From: Octopus sinensis
Lineage: Eukaryota
Assembly: GCF_006345805.1 (NCBI RefSeq)
Contig: NC_043004.1
Span: 89,962,001 to 90,026,000 of the forward strand
DNA: 64,000 nt
Direction: 5' to 3'
The notes under the pieces are model-generated. The model saw nothing but the letters and a program-made list of their open reading frames with translations. It searched no databases and had not been told where the DNA came from. Position numbers and translations under genes: made by a program. Positions 25,538-38,444 of this stretch are shown here, in pieces; the stretch's first letter is position 1; the number at the start of each line of letters is the position of its first letter.

Positions 25538-25701
25538 GGCACAGGAGTGGCTGTGTGGTAAGTAGCTTGCTTACGAACCACATGGTTCCGGGTTCAGTCC
25601 CACTGCGTGGCACCTTGGGCAGGTGTGTCTTCTACTATAGCCTCGGTTTGACTAAAGCCTTGTGAGTGGATTTGGTAGACGGAAACTGAAAGAAGCCCGT
25701 C

Positions 25702-25743
<42 letters not shown>

Positions 25744-25950
25744 ATATGTTTGTGTGTCTGTGTTTGTCCCCCTAGCATTGCTTGACAACCAATGGTGGTG
25801 TGTTTACGTCCCCGTCACTTAGCGGTTCGGCAAAAGAGACCGATAGAATAAGTACTGGGCTTACAAAGAATAAGTCCCGGGGTTGATTTGCTCAACTAAA
25901 GGCGGTGCTCCAGCATGGCCGCAGTCAAATGACTAAAACAAGTAAAAGAA
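25538..25950 (+). mobile_element. SINE family A
   Basis: Full-length ggcacaggagtggctg...gtaaaagaa. Confidence 0.88.
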
Positions 25951-26144
25951 AAAAGAAAAAGAATATATACAAATTTGGTGTGTGTTTTGTTCCATTACTT
26001 GATAAATGAAAAAAATGTATAAACAAAAAATGTCTGTCTGTCTATCAGTCTATCTATCGATCTACCTATCAATCTATCCCTATCTATCTTTCTATATATA
26101 TAAAATGGAAGAACACCTTGTGTGTCTATATATATATATATAAA

Positions 26145-26373
26145 GGCGGTGAGCTGGCAGAAACGTTAGCACGCCGGGCGAAATGCATAGCCGTATTTCG
26201 TCTGCCGTTACGTTCAGAGTTCAAATCACGCCGGGGTCGACTTTGCCTTTCATCCTTCCGGAGTCGATAAATTAAGTACCAGTTACACACTGGGGTCGAT
26301 GTAATCGACTTAATCCATTTGTCTGTCCTTGTTTGTCCCCTCTATGTTTAGCCCCTTGTGGGCAATAAAGAAA
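26145..26373 (+). mobile_element. SINE family B (monomer)
   Basis: ggcggtgagctggcagaaacgttagc...gagttcaaatc...gactttgcctttcatcc...taaagaaa. Confidence 0.88.
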
Positions 26374-26399
26374 CATATATATATATGCACACACACACA

Positions 26400-26632
26400 C
26401 AGGGTGCGATAGGTAAATTGTCACCATTTTATATTTTTAATTTTGCACACATTTGGATGTTTATCAGTTGGGCAGCGCATGTGAGAAAAATAGCAGCAAC
26501 TCAATCAGCCACAAATTTGGAAACAACATGCTGTACTACTTGGCATTCATGCCAGAAGCTCCAATGTGAACATTTCAGAGTGTTTGGCTGTCAATATGAG
26601 GACAATGCAGAGGATTTGGAAACAGTTAGATG
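26400..26632 (+). mobile_element. Tc1/mariner left end, same family as 19460-20144
   Basis: cagggtgcgataggtaaattgtcaccattttatattttt... through gaggatttggaaacagttagatg. Confidence 0.7.
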
Positions 26633-27914
26633 ATGCCTTTATAACAGATGAAATAAACACATTTTATTTTTAATTTATATGCAGGATAATTAAAATGAGA
26701 TATGTGAAAGCAAAAACACTAAAGGTGATAGTGCAAAACTGTTCAGAAAATTGAATTCACCACATCAAAATTAGTAAGAAACACCTATTCACATCCTTGC
26801 CTCAGAGCAAAAAAAAAATTTGTAAACCAGAGTAATTAAGCTCATTAAATGGAACATAATAGGAAACTATTTTTTCTGTCCTCTGTATTGAAATATTGCA
26901 GCAGTTGTTATGAGATATAACTGCATACCCCACAGTTAGTTGTGTCATATGTGTAATAAAGAGGTAATGGTATAATGGAAGAATGACAAAACTGGGTGAC
27001 TAACGTGAACAACATTTCAGTGGTACACATTTTGTTTATTATTTACTTCCACACTTCCCTCTAACACTCTACACTCTTCTCTGACAAACCAGCCTTTCAA
27101 TTCACTAAACCTTTCCTCTCCTTGCTTCATTGAAATTTCTCTTCAGCCTTTTACTTACACAAAAAATCTTTTGGGTTGAGAAGTAGAGATGTATTGGCTG
27201 AAAAGTTTTTAACTGAAACTGATTCACACTGTACCTAGCCATGTCTGGACAGATGAAGGCATGACCAGTGACAAGCATAGTAAGCTGCAGGTGTAGCTGT
27301 GTGTTTGAGGAGCTTGCTACAACACAGCACTTCAGGCAAGTGTCTTCTACTTTAGCCTTATGAATGGATTTGCTAGACAAAAACTGAAAGTGGTCCCATC
27401 ATATGTATGTTTGCATGTGTGCATGTGTTGGGGCAACCTTACATTAACATCATGCAATACAGGTATAGATACAGGAATAGACATGTTTTTTTTAATAATT
27501 TTAAACTTAATTTTGTTTCTTTCCCAATTAAAAGTATACATCTAGGCCTTCCAAGGAGGTTATAACAGCAGAGCTTGTACACTAGTTCTTCCATTTGTCA
27601 TATTTTCCAGTGCTGTTCCCCATCAATTTTATTGACAGACAAAGAAATCAGTCATAGCTGAACTTCCATGTAGGAAAAGATGTATCACCACCTTCTGGAA
27701 CAACACTGCAAAAGACAACTGAAAGAATCAGTGCATATACAGGGTTCTGATAAGTTCTTCAGCAACTCCAATATAGATATGAACAGAACATGGGAGCCTA
27801 TAAATAAGAAAAAACATCAAGCCTAAAACCATTAAATATAGGTTTCAAACTTCTAATGTCCATCCCCTAACTGTCCTACAAGACAATAGCATAATGAATA
27901 TAAATACTAACTAA

Positions 27915-28133
27915 CCATTTTGTTACCAACACAACTGAAACCGGCCCTGGTTCTGAGTACAAATGTATTGTTTTCATAAGTTTTGTATTAAAATCTTCCA
28001 CCAAACCTTAGTTACAATTTATGTTCCTAAACTAGCTGAATGATAATTAAGTTATTTTACTAAATTCTTTGTTATATTTAAAGTAATTGAAAGAAAAACA
28101 GAGCATCTCAAAATAAATACAGTAACGAAAGGG
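27915..28133. mobile_element. piggyBac-like MITE, family P1
   Basis: Ends ccattttgttac / gtaacgaaaggg with (c)TAA and TTAA flanks; second copy at 37934. Confidence 0.7.
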
Positions 28134-28890
28134 TTAAGTGTCAAGTGTTTCCGTTTACCTGGTGGGCATAGGTTCAATCCATGGGTCATTGAATCTAATT
28201 TGTATATGCACTGGTTTCAGTAGAATAAACAAGTGGCCTCACCAATATGAGACTACTATGAGAATATCCGTGCTATGGACAATGAAACAAAAACAATTCA
28301 CCCCATTGTGTGAATAAAAGAATTCCATTTGAAATTCCAAAAACATTATTGAATACAACAGGCAACTGCAAAAGACCATAAGTTACAACAACGAAGACAT
28401 TGCAGAATAAATCAGGGCGTATTAATGATAATGACAGACAAATGAGCAAAAGAACTGTTTTTTATGAAGTTTTCACACACATTACATCGATAATAGATAA
28501 CAAAGACTATTATCATGGTAGGTGAGTTTGTAGTGGATAGCATCTTTGGATTTGAACTTACAACACCTATGTTTAATGTTAAATCCGCTTTTGGTTAACA
28601 TTACCATATCTGGTATCAACTTGTCCATTACATCTTCTTCATCAGCACTTAAACCCAAAAACTTGGTAACAGCCAATGAAGAATGATGAAAATTGGGCAG
28701 CCTACACAATACATTAATACTGACAGAGAGAGACAAATATTATAAATTATTGAAAGCGAGATCTATGATTTCTGATTGCTATTTCTAACAAACTGTCACA
28801 CTTATTGAAAACCTCTTTTATTTGCTTTTATTTGCTTCTTATGGCCAAGACACAAGCTTATTTTTCATTACCTGTTTGTATTGATATTTT

Positions 28891-29295
28891 TACTCTTTAC
28901 TCTTTTACTTGTTTCAGTCATTTGACTGCGGCCATGCTGGAGCACCACCTTTAATCGAGCAACTCAACCCCGGGACTTATTCTTTTGTAAGCCCAGTACT
29001 TATTCTATTGGTCTCTTTTGCCGAACCGCTAAGTAACGGGGACATAAACACACCAGCATCAGTTGTCAAGCAATGCTAGGGGTACAAACACAGACACACA
29101 AACACACACACGCATATATATATATATACATATATATGACGAGCTTCTTTCAGTTTCCGTCTAACAAATCCACTCACAAGGCTTTGGTCGGCCCGAGGCT
29201 ATAGTAGAAGACACTTGCCCAAGGTGCCATGCAGTGGGACTGAACCTGGAACCATGTGGTTGGTAAACAAGATACCACACAGCCACTCCTGCGCC
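28891..29295 (-). mobile_element. SINE family A
   Basis: Reverse-complement full-length copy. Confidence 0.88.
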
Positions 29296-30288
29296 TATTT
29301 TTGCTGCATATTCCAATTACTTCATTTCTTCTCTTCACTAATATACTGCAGTTTTTTTGTTTTTTTTTCTTTATGTTACGTGTGATGACATCCCTCAATA
29401 TTTTGAATCCAGCGATGTTCCAACAAGTAGTGATGTTCCAGCCACTCAACAAACAATTTCATTATTGACTGTATTGTTGTGAAATATATTTGGCCTAGCT
29501 TAGGCACATTTTGCAGCAAATAAAATTTCTTGTGAGACACAGCCATGATAATAGTTTACCTGGTGGCAAAAACAGTTCTTTTGCTCATTTGTCTGTCATT
29601 ATCATTAATACACCCTGATTTAATAAACATCATACCACCAACTAAGAACTGAACTGGCAAAGTATGATGGTCTTATGTGGGCATATTCATTCCTGACCTT
29701 ATAATTAAAAAAATTACCAGTGCCCTGTGTCTGCAGATACAAAACCAATATACCTTCAGGTCAAATTTGGTAAATCTAGACTAAAAACAATACAGACCTT
29801 GAGACACAGCTTCACCTGATATAACAGCAGAACAGCAGGTCAGCTATATAAGTACAGCAAGTTTTTTAGATGCATCTTCACCTAGTATATATCTGTCTAA
29901 ATTATCTGCATATATATATATGTATTGTTTTTTGGCTTATTGCAAACTTCTACCACTACATGGTTCACTGCTTCTAACACTACAGGCCATGACTTTGTTA
30001 CTGTTAAGCTTCTTTCACATTACAACCTTTCTGAAAACAACAACTAACCATAGCTTTGTGGAAGTTTTTGTCCTCATATCTTTTATTTCCATTGCACAGA
30101 CTAAGCTACCTTGACAAATTGCATGAACAGATAACCATTATTGTTAAAATATATGTTACACCCTGAAGTTAGATATCTTTCTTTGTCACTTTACAACAAC
30201 TGAATATGTACTTCAAACAGAACTTTTCCTTCAGCTAGTCTTGCTATGAGAAACATGTTTAGTTACATTAATCCAAATGTAAATTACA

Positions 30289-30686
30289 TCTTTATATATA
30301 AAAGTGAAGTTGTGTGTCTGTCTCCTACGATTTAGATTCCTAACTACTTCCACATTTTGCGGTGCAGTTTAACCAAAACCGGGTATCTTATAGTTGTCAT
30401 TCACATCGAGCCCTTCTGGGTATTAGCGTGCGTCGACGATGAGTCTACAATTTAAAAAAAAATTTACCATCATTTTTTTCCATTTTAATGCATTTTTTCG
30501 CTATCATATAAGGGAAGTAACTCTCTAAAAATGTCTACGATGAGTCAACGATTTAAAAAAAAAATTACCATAATTTTTTTTCCATTTTTAATGCATTTTT
30601 TTGCTATTTTTTGGCTATAACTCTCTAAAAATGCTTATATAGTTATTTCCCTTACAAACCCGAGCAATGCCGGGCGATACTGCTAG
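30289..30686 (+). mobile_element. Non-autonomous Helitron, family H1 copy 1
   Basis: Inserted A|TC...CTAG|T with no TSD. 5' TCTTTATATATAAAAG, 3' hairpin cccgagcaatgccggg about 10 nt before CTAG, internal ~90-bp tandem duplication. Near-identical to 61821-62219. Confidence 0.85.
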
Positions 30687-31140
30687 TTTCTTTATAAATT
30701 CGGAACATCAGCTATTAGGCTGGCATTAGCAAGAAATACCACAAAAAAACAACCTGAAGTCTTTCTTTTCTACACAATATAACTGAAAGACTTAAAATGC
30801 ATTGTTGACAGACACAAGCCACCATATCGTTTTTATCAATGACAAGCAAGGAAACATTAGACAAACGCAAGTCTTCATATTGTCATCTCTGACATAGGTT
30901 ATCTTCACTTTTATGATGAACCATACTGAACAGTCTTTCTTCATTGTTCCTCTTAAATTGCCAAATTATATAGAACACAGCTATCTGGAATTAACATCAT
31001 GCAAGCACTTTTGTTTGCAACTCTGGCTATGATTAAAGAAGAAGTTCAAGTTTGCAACTCATCTCAGCTTATCCTGTCAGACTGTCCACCACTGCCTTCA
31101 TTATTGTCATCTTTGCTACTCACACAGCAAGGATGTAACC

Positions 31141-31361
31141 ACTCTCTTTACTCTTTTCTCTCTTTTACTTGTTTCAGTCATTTGACTGCGGCCATGCTAG
31201 AGCACCGCCTTTAATTGAGCAACTCGACCCCGGGACTTATTCTTTTGTAAGCCCAGTACTTATTCTATCGGCCTCTTTTGCCGAACCGCTAAGTAACGGG
31301 GACATAAACACACCAGCATCGGTTGTCAAGCAATGCTATGGGGACAAACACAGACACACAA

Positions 31362-31410
<49 letters not shown>

Positions 31411-31574
31411 TACAATGGGCTTCTTTCAGTTTGCGTCTACCAAATCCACTCACAAAGCTTTGGTCGGCCCGAGGATATAGTAGAAGACACTTGCCCAAGG
31501 TGCCACGCAGTGGGACTGAACCTGGAACCATGTGGTTGGAAAACAAGCTACTTACCACACAGCCACTCCTGCGC
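31141..31574 (-). mobile_element. SINE family A
   Basis: Full-length reverse copy. Confidence 0.88.
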
Positions 31575-31695
31575 CACAGTCCAACTCTTTTTCTGTATGT
31601 TTTTCCTTTTGACCATGACTGACTTATGCATCTCATTTGTTCTTCAATCCTTACTGACTGAGTAATTTCAAAACATTTTCAAAATTTGAACAATA

Positions 31696-32092
31696 GGCGC
31701 AGGAGTGGTTGTATGGTAAGAAGCTTGCTTCTCAACCACATGGTTCCAGGTTCAGTCCTACTGCGTGGCACCTTCAGCAAGTGTCTTCAACTATAGCCTC
31801 GAGCCAATCAAAACCTTGTGAGTGAATTTGATAGACAGAAACTGAAAAAGCCCACCATATACATATATATGTATGTATTCATGTCTGTGTTTGTCCCTCC
31901 ACCATTGCTTGACAACCGATGATGGTGTGTTTACATCCCTGTAACTTAGTGGTTCAGCAAAAGAAATCCAATAGAATAAGTACTAGGCTTACAAAGAATA
32001 AGTCCTGGGGTCGATTTATTCAACTAAAAGGAGGTGCTCCAGCATGGCAACAGTCAAATGACTGAAACAAGTAAAAGAGTAAAGAGTAAAAG
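31696..32092 (+). mobile_element. SINE family A
   Basis: Full-length forward copy, head-to-head with 31141-31574. Confidence 0.85.
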
Positions 32093-32650
32093 AATCATTC
32101 ATAAAGTGAACTATCTGATATTCATTTTCCTATTCATTTTTGTTTTTCTGCTCCGCTAATTGGTATTTAGCTATTTCATGTGCATTGAATGTTTATTGTT
32201 ACATTTTACTGCATTTACTATAAGCATAAACAAACACACTTGCCTCGGTTCCTTGATTTCATTTGTTTGTCTCATGACAATTGCACAGTAAGGGGGGTTC
32301 CTGTAGCAGACAACGTCCTTGGATTTGAACTGGTAACATCTAGTTCTAAAGTTAAATCTGCTTGAAATCTACATTTAAAGTTAAATCAATTAACATTATC
32401 ATATTTGATAATATTGACCAAGACTAGCTTACAATATCTCCTTGGCCGTTAACAAACCCTACTGACATCTTTTCCAGTCAATCGTGTGTAGCATCAATCT
32501 TGATGGATTCTAATAGACAACTAAGAAACTCACTAAATGTGAAAAAAGAATTTTTTTGAAATTTTTAGCAAGCTGATATAAACTCTGGATTTTAGCTCTT
32601 GTTAGAGATTTCTCAAATTACTGCTGCAAAAAATGTCCCTCAATTCTCAA

Positions 32651-33087
32651 CTCTCTCTTACTCTTTACTCTTTTACTCTTTTACTTTGTTTCAGTCCTTT
32701 GACTGCAGCCATGCTGGAGCACCGCCTTTAGTCGAGCAAATCAACCTCGAGACTTATTCTTTGTAAGCCCAGTACTTATTCTATCGGTCTCTTTTTGCCG
32801 AACCGCTAAGTGACGGGGACGTAAACACACCAGCATCGGTTGTCAAGCAATGCTAGGGGGAACAAACACAGACACACAAACATATACACACACATACACA
32901 CACATATATATATATACATATATACGACAGGCTTCTTTCAGTTTCCGTCTACCAAATCCGCTCACAAGGCATTGGTCAGCCTGAGGCTATAGCGGAAAAC
33001 ACTTGCCCAAGATGCCACGCAGTGGGACTGAACCCAGAACCATGTGGTTGGTAAGCAAGCTACTTACCACACAGCCACTCCTGCGCC
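32651..33087 (-). mobile_element. SINE family A
   Basis: Full-length reverse copy. Confidence 0.88.
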
Positions 33088-33673
33088 TATTTAACTAACC
33101 TTTATTTAACTAACTAACATACTATTTAACTAACCTTTATTTCACACACATCTTCTTACAAAACTTCACATTACACTATAAATTATGAATATTACTACTT
33201 AGTGTTATTAAAACATTGTTGAAAGTATTTCCTTGTCACTACATCTTCCTCAACACTTAAATACTACTAAAACTTTAATGGACACATTGGACGACACCAG
33301 TCAATTCAATCTCCATGGGTTATGGATATGATACAATGGATGAAGAGGAATACAAGCTTTTAGTGTTCTATTATGCAAATGATGAAACAATTTGCAACAC
33401 TAACTTCAGCAAATTGGCCAATCAATTAGTCACCTATCCTTCAGGCAGACTTCATGCTCACCTGGAAATGGAACTTGTGAATACCAATTCTTTCATTGGT
33501 GAAGAATGTACTAGTCAACAAGGAATAGTGATTAGTGATATCATAGTAAGAGCTAGAGGGACTCAGAAGCCCATGATTATCTGGACAAGGAAGATACACA
33601 AGTGCTAAGCAATGTCTATGGCAAGGAAATGATAGAAACCTATAGTAAAGAAGACAAGTGAGAATTTCTAAAA

Positions 33674-34200
33674 GACGTTCAGCGATGTGCAACCAAAAGA
33701 ATACCCTCCATCAGGCATTTGCCATATTCTGAACGCCTTACTTCCCTGGGCATGGACACATTGAAACTCCGACGTCTGGCAGCTGACTTGGCAGATACTC
33801 ATAAAATTATTAACCATCTTACAAACAATAACTCTGAGCACTTTTTTAAACTCCATCTGTCTAACACCCGTGGACATGTTTACAAAGTCAGAAAACAGCA
33901 CAGTTCCCATGACTTTAGGAAACATTTTTTCACGCTGAGAGTTGCTGAAGCATGGAACAGACTGCCGGCATCAGTTGTTAGTTGTCGGAGCACTGCATCC
34001 TTCAAAACTTCCATGCTTCCTGAGATTCGCCAACACTACACCTGATTTTCTCCCCTCCATACACACACAAGCATGTATCTGACTCGTACATTGTTCGCTT
34101 TCCAGACATTTGTACATTACTGCGTATACTCTATACGCACTTTCTGACAAGTTGTGGTGCACCTCAGCACTGTATACAATAATTTCATTATTATTATTTT
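33674..34200 (+). mobile_element. CR1-clade LINE 3' end with (TTA)n tail
   Basis: VQRCATKRIPSIRHLPYSERL...LRRLAADL...TRGHVYKV...FFTLRVAEAWNRLP; 3' UTR and ttattattatt tail. Confidence 0.85.
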
Positions 34201-34539
34201 TAAGACAAACTGCTGCAAACCACAAAACAGGTCGACAGACGAAGCAAGGTGATTGCCAAGTGAATGGGTACACGACAGAGTGGTGCAATAAATTAAAGTA
34301 TAAAAGTAAAGTGACAGACCTGCAAAGAATAGAAGAAAAGAGAGAAGTAAGTAACTATATCATATTTTTAGTAGAGAAGCCAGAATTAAGAGGTTTTCCA
34401 ATGTCATATGCTATAAGGCAGGAGGTGTTCCAGAATCCAAAGGGGTGTGTCAGTGTAATCTGGATGTCATTGATGGAAAGTGTGTATGGAATGGTAGTAG
34501 CACATGTGCCCTCACTGATGCCAACAAGGAAAAAGCCTG

Positions 34540-35990
34540 AAATTACTATTATGAGAAGTTGTTTAATAATGAAAATGTGCGGGGAAAGAGAGGAACTACC
34601 CTAAGTAGATGCATCAGAGGCAACGACTATTAAATTTGTCAACCACATGGTAGGTCAAAAGTGTAATTAAGAATATGAGGGTTGAAAAGGAGCAGGATCA
34701 TCAGGGAAAGTTGTTGAGGTACTAAAAATATTTGTTGAAGTAAGATACATACTAATTGCTCAAATAGTAAATCAAGTAGCACGGAGAAATGTTATCATAA
34801 ATGACTAGCATAGCAATCACTGACACTCGCTGACGATACATCGAAGAGGCCAGGGAACAGAAGAAAGAAGAAGAAAGAAGACATGCACCCAATACCAGAG
34901 CTGAAGACACCTCTGAAAGGGGGGGCCCCGCCACGTCAAAATGGTAGAGGAGTAGGGGCCGAAACCGGACGTGGTTCCTCTTGATGATGTCTTGAGCTAA
35001 CTGGATCCTATAAAGGAGCTGTTGTAGTAGCAGACCACGAAACACAGTTGTAATTCCCCTTACCTACTGGTACAAAGAAAAGAGTAACTATAAACTGATG
35101 GGCCAAAATAACAAAAGTAATAGGAAGATTTATAGCGCTGCTAATTAGGAAGAGAATTGGTTCAGATACCAAGTTGGGGCACCATCAATCATCTCTTTTT
35201 TTTTGTTTTTCTTTTTTGAGACACCTACAGGAGAAACTGAGAGTGAACCATGCCACCTGGAAAATGGCCAAGTTTGATATTCAAAAAAAGGCATGGGCAG
35301 GAATTCTATGTTGTGTGCCAGATGTAAACCATGGTTGCACAAGAAGTGCAGTGGGATCACAGGCAGGTTGACAGAGAAATACTTTTTATGTAGCACAGCA
35401 GCAGCTAGCAATAAGCACACACATGAAGTGAAGTGTTTCAAATGCCAAGAAAGCTTTCTCAAATTAGTTGACAACATCTTTTATCTGGATGACCAAACCA
35501 ATATTTAAGTTATATGTTCTGAAAGCACAGCCATTGAAGTAAGAATGGGAGAGAAAAGTTCAGAGACTTTTCAACCCTGCTTACAACAAACAGACTCTCT
35601 CTCTCTCTCTGAGTGAAGGGCAGATTGTATGGTGTTAATGCACAATATGATATTGCATGAGAGTAAATCATGATCATTAAAAGTGGATTATGCATGGAAG
35701 CTGGAAAGAAATGAGAGAAGCACATTCCTTCCACTGGATGCAAGATTTTAGTATGCAGTAACAAAATAATAGAAAATGCAGAGAAAAATTGGTATGAGAG
35801 GAATCGGCAGTAGTGTGCAAGTGTAGACTGCACTGGTACAGACATGATGCATGCAAAGGATCACAGTTGGGTAAATAAGTATCAAACAATCCGAATAGAA
35901 GGAATTTGTGGAAGTTGAATACCAAGGAAGACATGAGGAGTGGAGAAGGATGTTGACCCTCACAAAGCAGAGGACAAGGAACTGCAACAA
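34540..35990 (+). mobile_element. Decayed RTE LINE (RT to 3' end) with an unrelated insert at about 34830-35050
   Basis: Colinear similarity to the RTE fragments at 16.8-17.4 kb, 4.0-4.6 kb and 62.7-63.3 kb. Confidence 0.65.
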
Positions 35991-36152
35991 ACACTGCTGA
36001 AATTTTTTTTTAATGATTTTACAGAAATTACTACACAAAATAATTACACCAAAATTATACAAATCTATAACACATTATTTCTATATTGATTTGTGTACTT
36101 TGACCTCATCAGTGAAGCAATAAACTTCTTGAAGTAGTGATAGAAGAATTAA

Positions 36153-36372
36153 CCCTTTAGTATTTAAACAGGCCATATCCGACCCAAATATGCTTCCTGT
36201 TTTATGCTCTAACTAGTCAGAGCCAACCTATCACACCTACCCTTCAATGTCATTCTAGAAATATATAATCTCATCATGAAAACTTTATAGCTACAAAATA
36301 AAGCATGATTAATTACAAACAATGTCAATGAAAAAACATTACATTTGACAAAATAATCTGAATACGAAAGGG
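36153..36372. mobile_element. piggyBac-like MITE, family P2
   Basis: TTAA|CCCTTTAG...CGAAAGGG|TTAA: TTAA TSD and CCC/GGG termini. Confidence 0.75.
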
Positions 36373-36588
36373 TTAAACTAAATTTACTAGATTGCACACT
36401 GGATGATGGAGAAAAAATAAAACTGTTAAGAGAGATGGGGGTTAACTGTGCCTTTCCAAAGACATTAGCAACATAAGAAAACTGAAAAAACATCAACTAA
36501 CCCAAAACCAGATTGTGGACCCCATTTTCTAGTGGCTTATTTTTATTTTATAGTGCTCATCACATTAAAGAGAATATGAATAGATTAC

Positions 36589-37150
36589 CTGTATGCGTTC
36601 GAAGATGAGCTTTTAAATGAGAGCTTTTTGTGTAGACCTTTTTACAGCCCTCATAGAAACATTTGTGTATTCTTCTTCTAATGTCTGAACTTGATCCATT
36701 TTCAAGTTGGTGAATTACTTGAGCAATGTGTCCTGGTTGAAGAGAGTATGAACGTGATTGTTTCCCTGGTGATGAGTACATGGCAACTTTTTTTATTTCA
36801 TTTCTTTCAGTATTGTTTAATTTATGTCCAACCCGACATTTTAAGAGGCAATTTCCAATTATAGAATCTTTTGGAGATTTATGGGGAGAAACTGGTGTGT
36901 CACTCAAATTGCTATCCCATGATACACCACTTGAAGAAGATTCAAAACTGTGCACACTAACAGAATCCATTGTCTGATCTTCCAAATTTAGGTCTTCCAT
37001 CTCTTCAAAACCATCACCATTGCTATCGGCATTCTCATCCTCTTCATCTTCATCATTAAAATCATCAAAAGAATTTCGATCAGATTTAAGATTTTTAAAA
37101 GCAGTTAATTTTGGTTCGTTTTTTAAATATCGCTCCATTTCCAAACAGTT
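36589..37150 (-). CDS. KLF6/7: Kruppel-like factor 6/7 (luna-like), internal coding exon (likely exon 2): acidic/Ser-rich region plus zinc finger 1
   Basis: Acceptor tttacAG (37152-37151) is followed in phase 0 by [14 protein letters not shown], matching the KLF6/7 motif TCLELERYL. The exon ends ...[31 protein letters not shown] at donor G|GTAATC (36588). Length 562 nt gives a phase 1 end. Confidence 0.93.
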
Positions 37151-37933
37151 CTGTAAATATAAAGAACATTGAACAAAACATTAACATCAAATAACAACAA
37201 ATAAACTTTGTTTTAAATATCTCAAAATTTGCAGGAAACAGGGACTTTATTGATATAGAAGGTTAATTAGTGTGAAATTATTTTCTATGCAATATTTGCA
37301 ACACTTTGTGGTTGTTGATAGTAGTGTTGGTGTTGACAGTAGTAGTTGAGTGTGTGTGTGTGTGCATGAAAGCTGATGTTGGAGCATAGATCCAATTAAA
37401 TATAACTGTGACCATCTATAATACAAAAACTGATTATAATACAAGTGAGAAAGCTTCTACCTGGTCAGTCAATCTGCTACAAATTGCAGCCAAATTTCCC
37501 TCAAATCACACTATTGCATCATGAAAAAAAAAAGATTCATTGGATAATGTGGTCCTGACTATACTATATGGAAAAAATGACAAACTGCTCATAGCTGGAG
37601 ACCTTTTATCATAAGTTTGCACAAGTTAACCAAGTGGCTAAACAATAATTGCAAAAGAAAGTAACAAAAAAAAATAGATAATCATTTATAAAATGTATGT
37701 AAAAGTTGTTGATTCGTGTAAATCTGCAAGGCTGAATAAACTGTTTATATATCTATTAAATTGATAAATATTCTAGTTGTATTTGTGTGTATATTCCTTA
37801 AATAAAGTTTGTGTGTAGATATGTATATAGATTGCATAAGTTGATGAAACATTCAATCCACCTCTCAATTTTAATTACAATGTATTGCTTAAAAATATTT
37901 CCTAGCATCAGTTTGGGGAAATTAGTACTTTAA

Positions 37934-38141
37934 CCTTTTCGTTACCAACCCAGCTGAAACTGGCTCTGGCTCTGTAGTACAAATGTCTTGTTTTCATAAG
38001 TTTTCCACCAAACCTTCATCACAAATACTGTTCCTAACACCAGCTTAATGATAACTAAGTTATTTTACAAAATTCTGTGTTATATCTGAAATAATTGAAA
38101 GAAACACAGAACATCTCAAAATAAATACAGTAACAAAAGGG
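37934..38141. mobile_element. piggyBac-like MITE, family P1 copy 2
   Basis: TTAA|CCTTTTCGTTAC...GTAACAAAAGGG|TTAA. Confidence 0.75.
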
Positions 38142-38444
38142 TTAAGGCCAACATTTTACCACCACCACCACCACCATCATCATCATTTAATGGCTGTTGT
38201 CCATGCTAGTGTGGGTTGGACAGTTTGACCAGGGCTGTCAAGCTGGAAGGCTGCACCAGACTCCAGTCTGATTTGGCATGAATTCTATGGTTGGATGCCC
38301 TTCCTAACACCAACCACTCCAAGAGTGTAATGGGTGCTTTTATGTACCACCATTTGTGTGACACCAGTATCTGCCACGATTGCAATTTTACTGGGCTCAG
38401 TCATTGCCTCCATGGGGCCCAACATTCAAAAGAAGCTTTTCATA

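Larger units (their letters stand above)
13840..36588 (-). other. KLF6/7: KLF6/7 intron (22,749 nt, GT-AG, phase 1)
   Basis: Donor and acceptor phases match and rebuild the TGEKPY linker between ZF1 and ZF2. Confidence 0.88.

Noticed and set aside
26145-26240. tRNA-like A/B-box heads of SINE A and SINE B copies
   Set aside because: No complete cloverleaf; always attached to a SINE body, so not tRNA genes.
36070-36120. Minus-strand cactgatgaggtca resembling the 5021 hammerhead start
   Set aside because: No complementary stem II before the next GAAA.
36560-36588. C-terminal part of ORF 36560..37144 (NLFIFSLM)
   Set aside because: Read-through past the GTAATC donor; would truncate the protein after ZF1.
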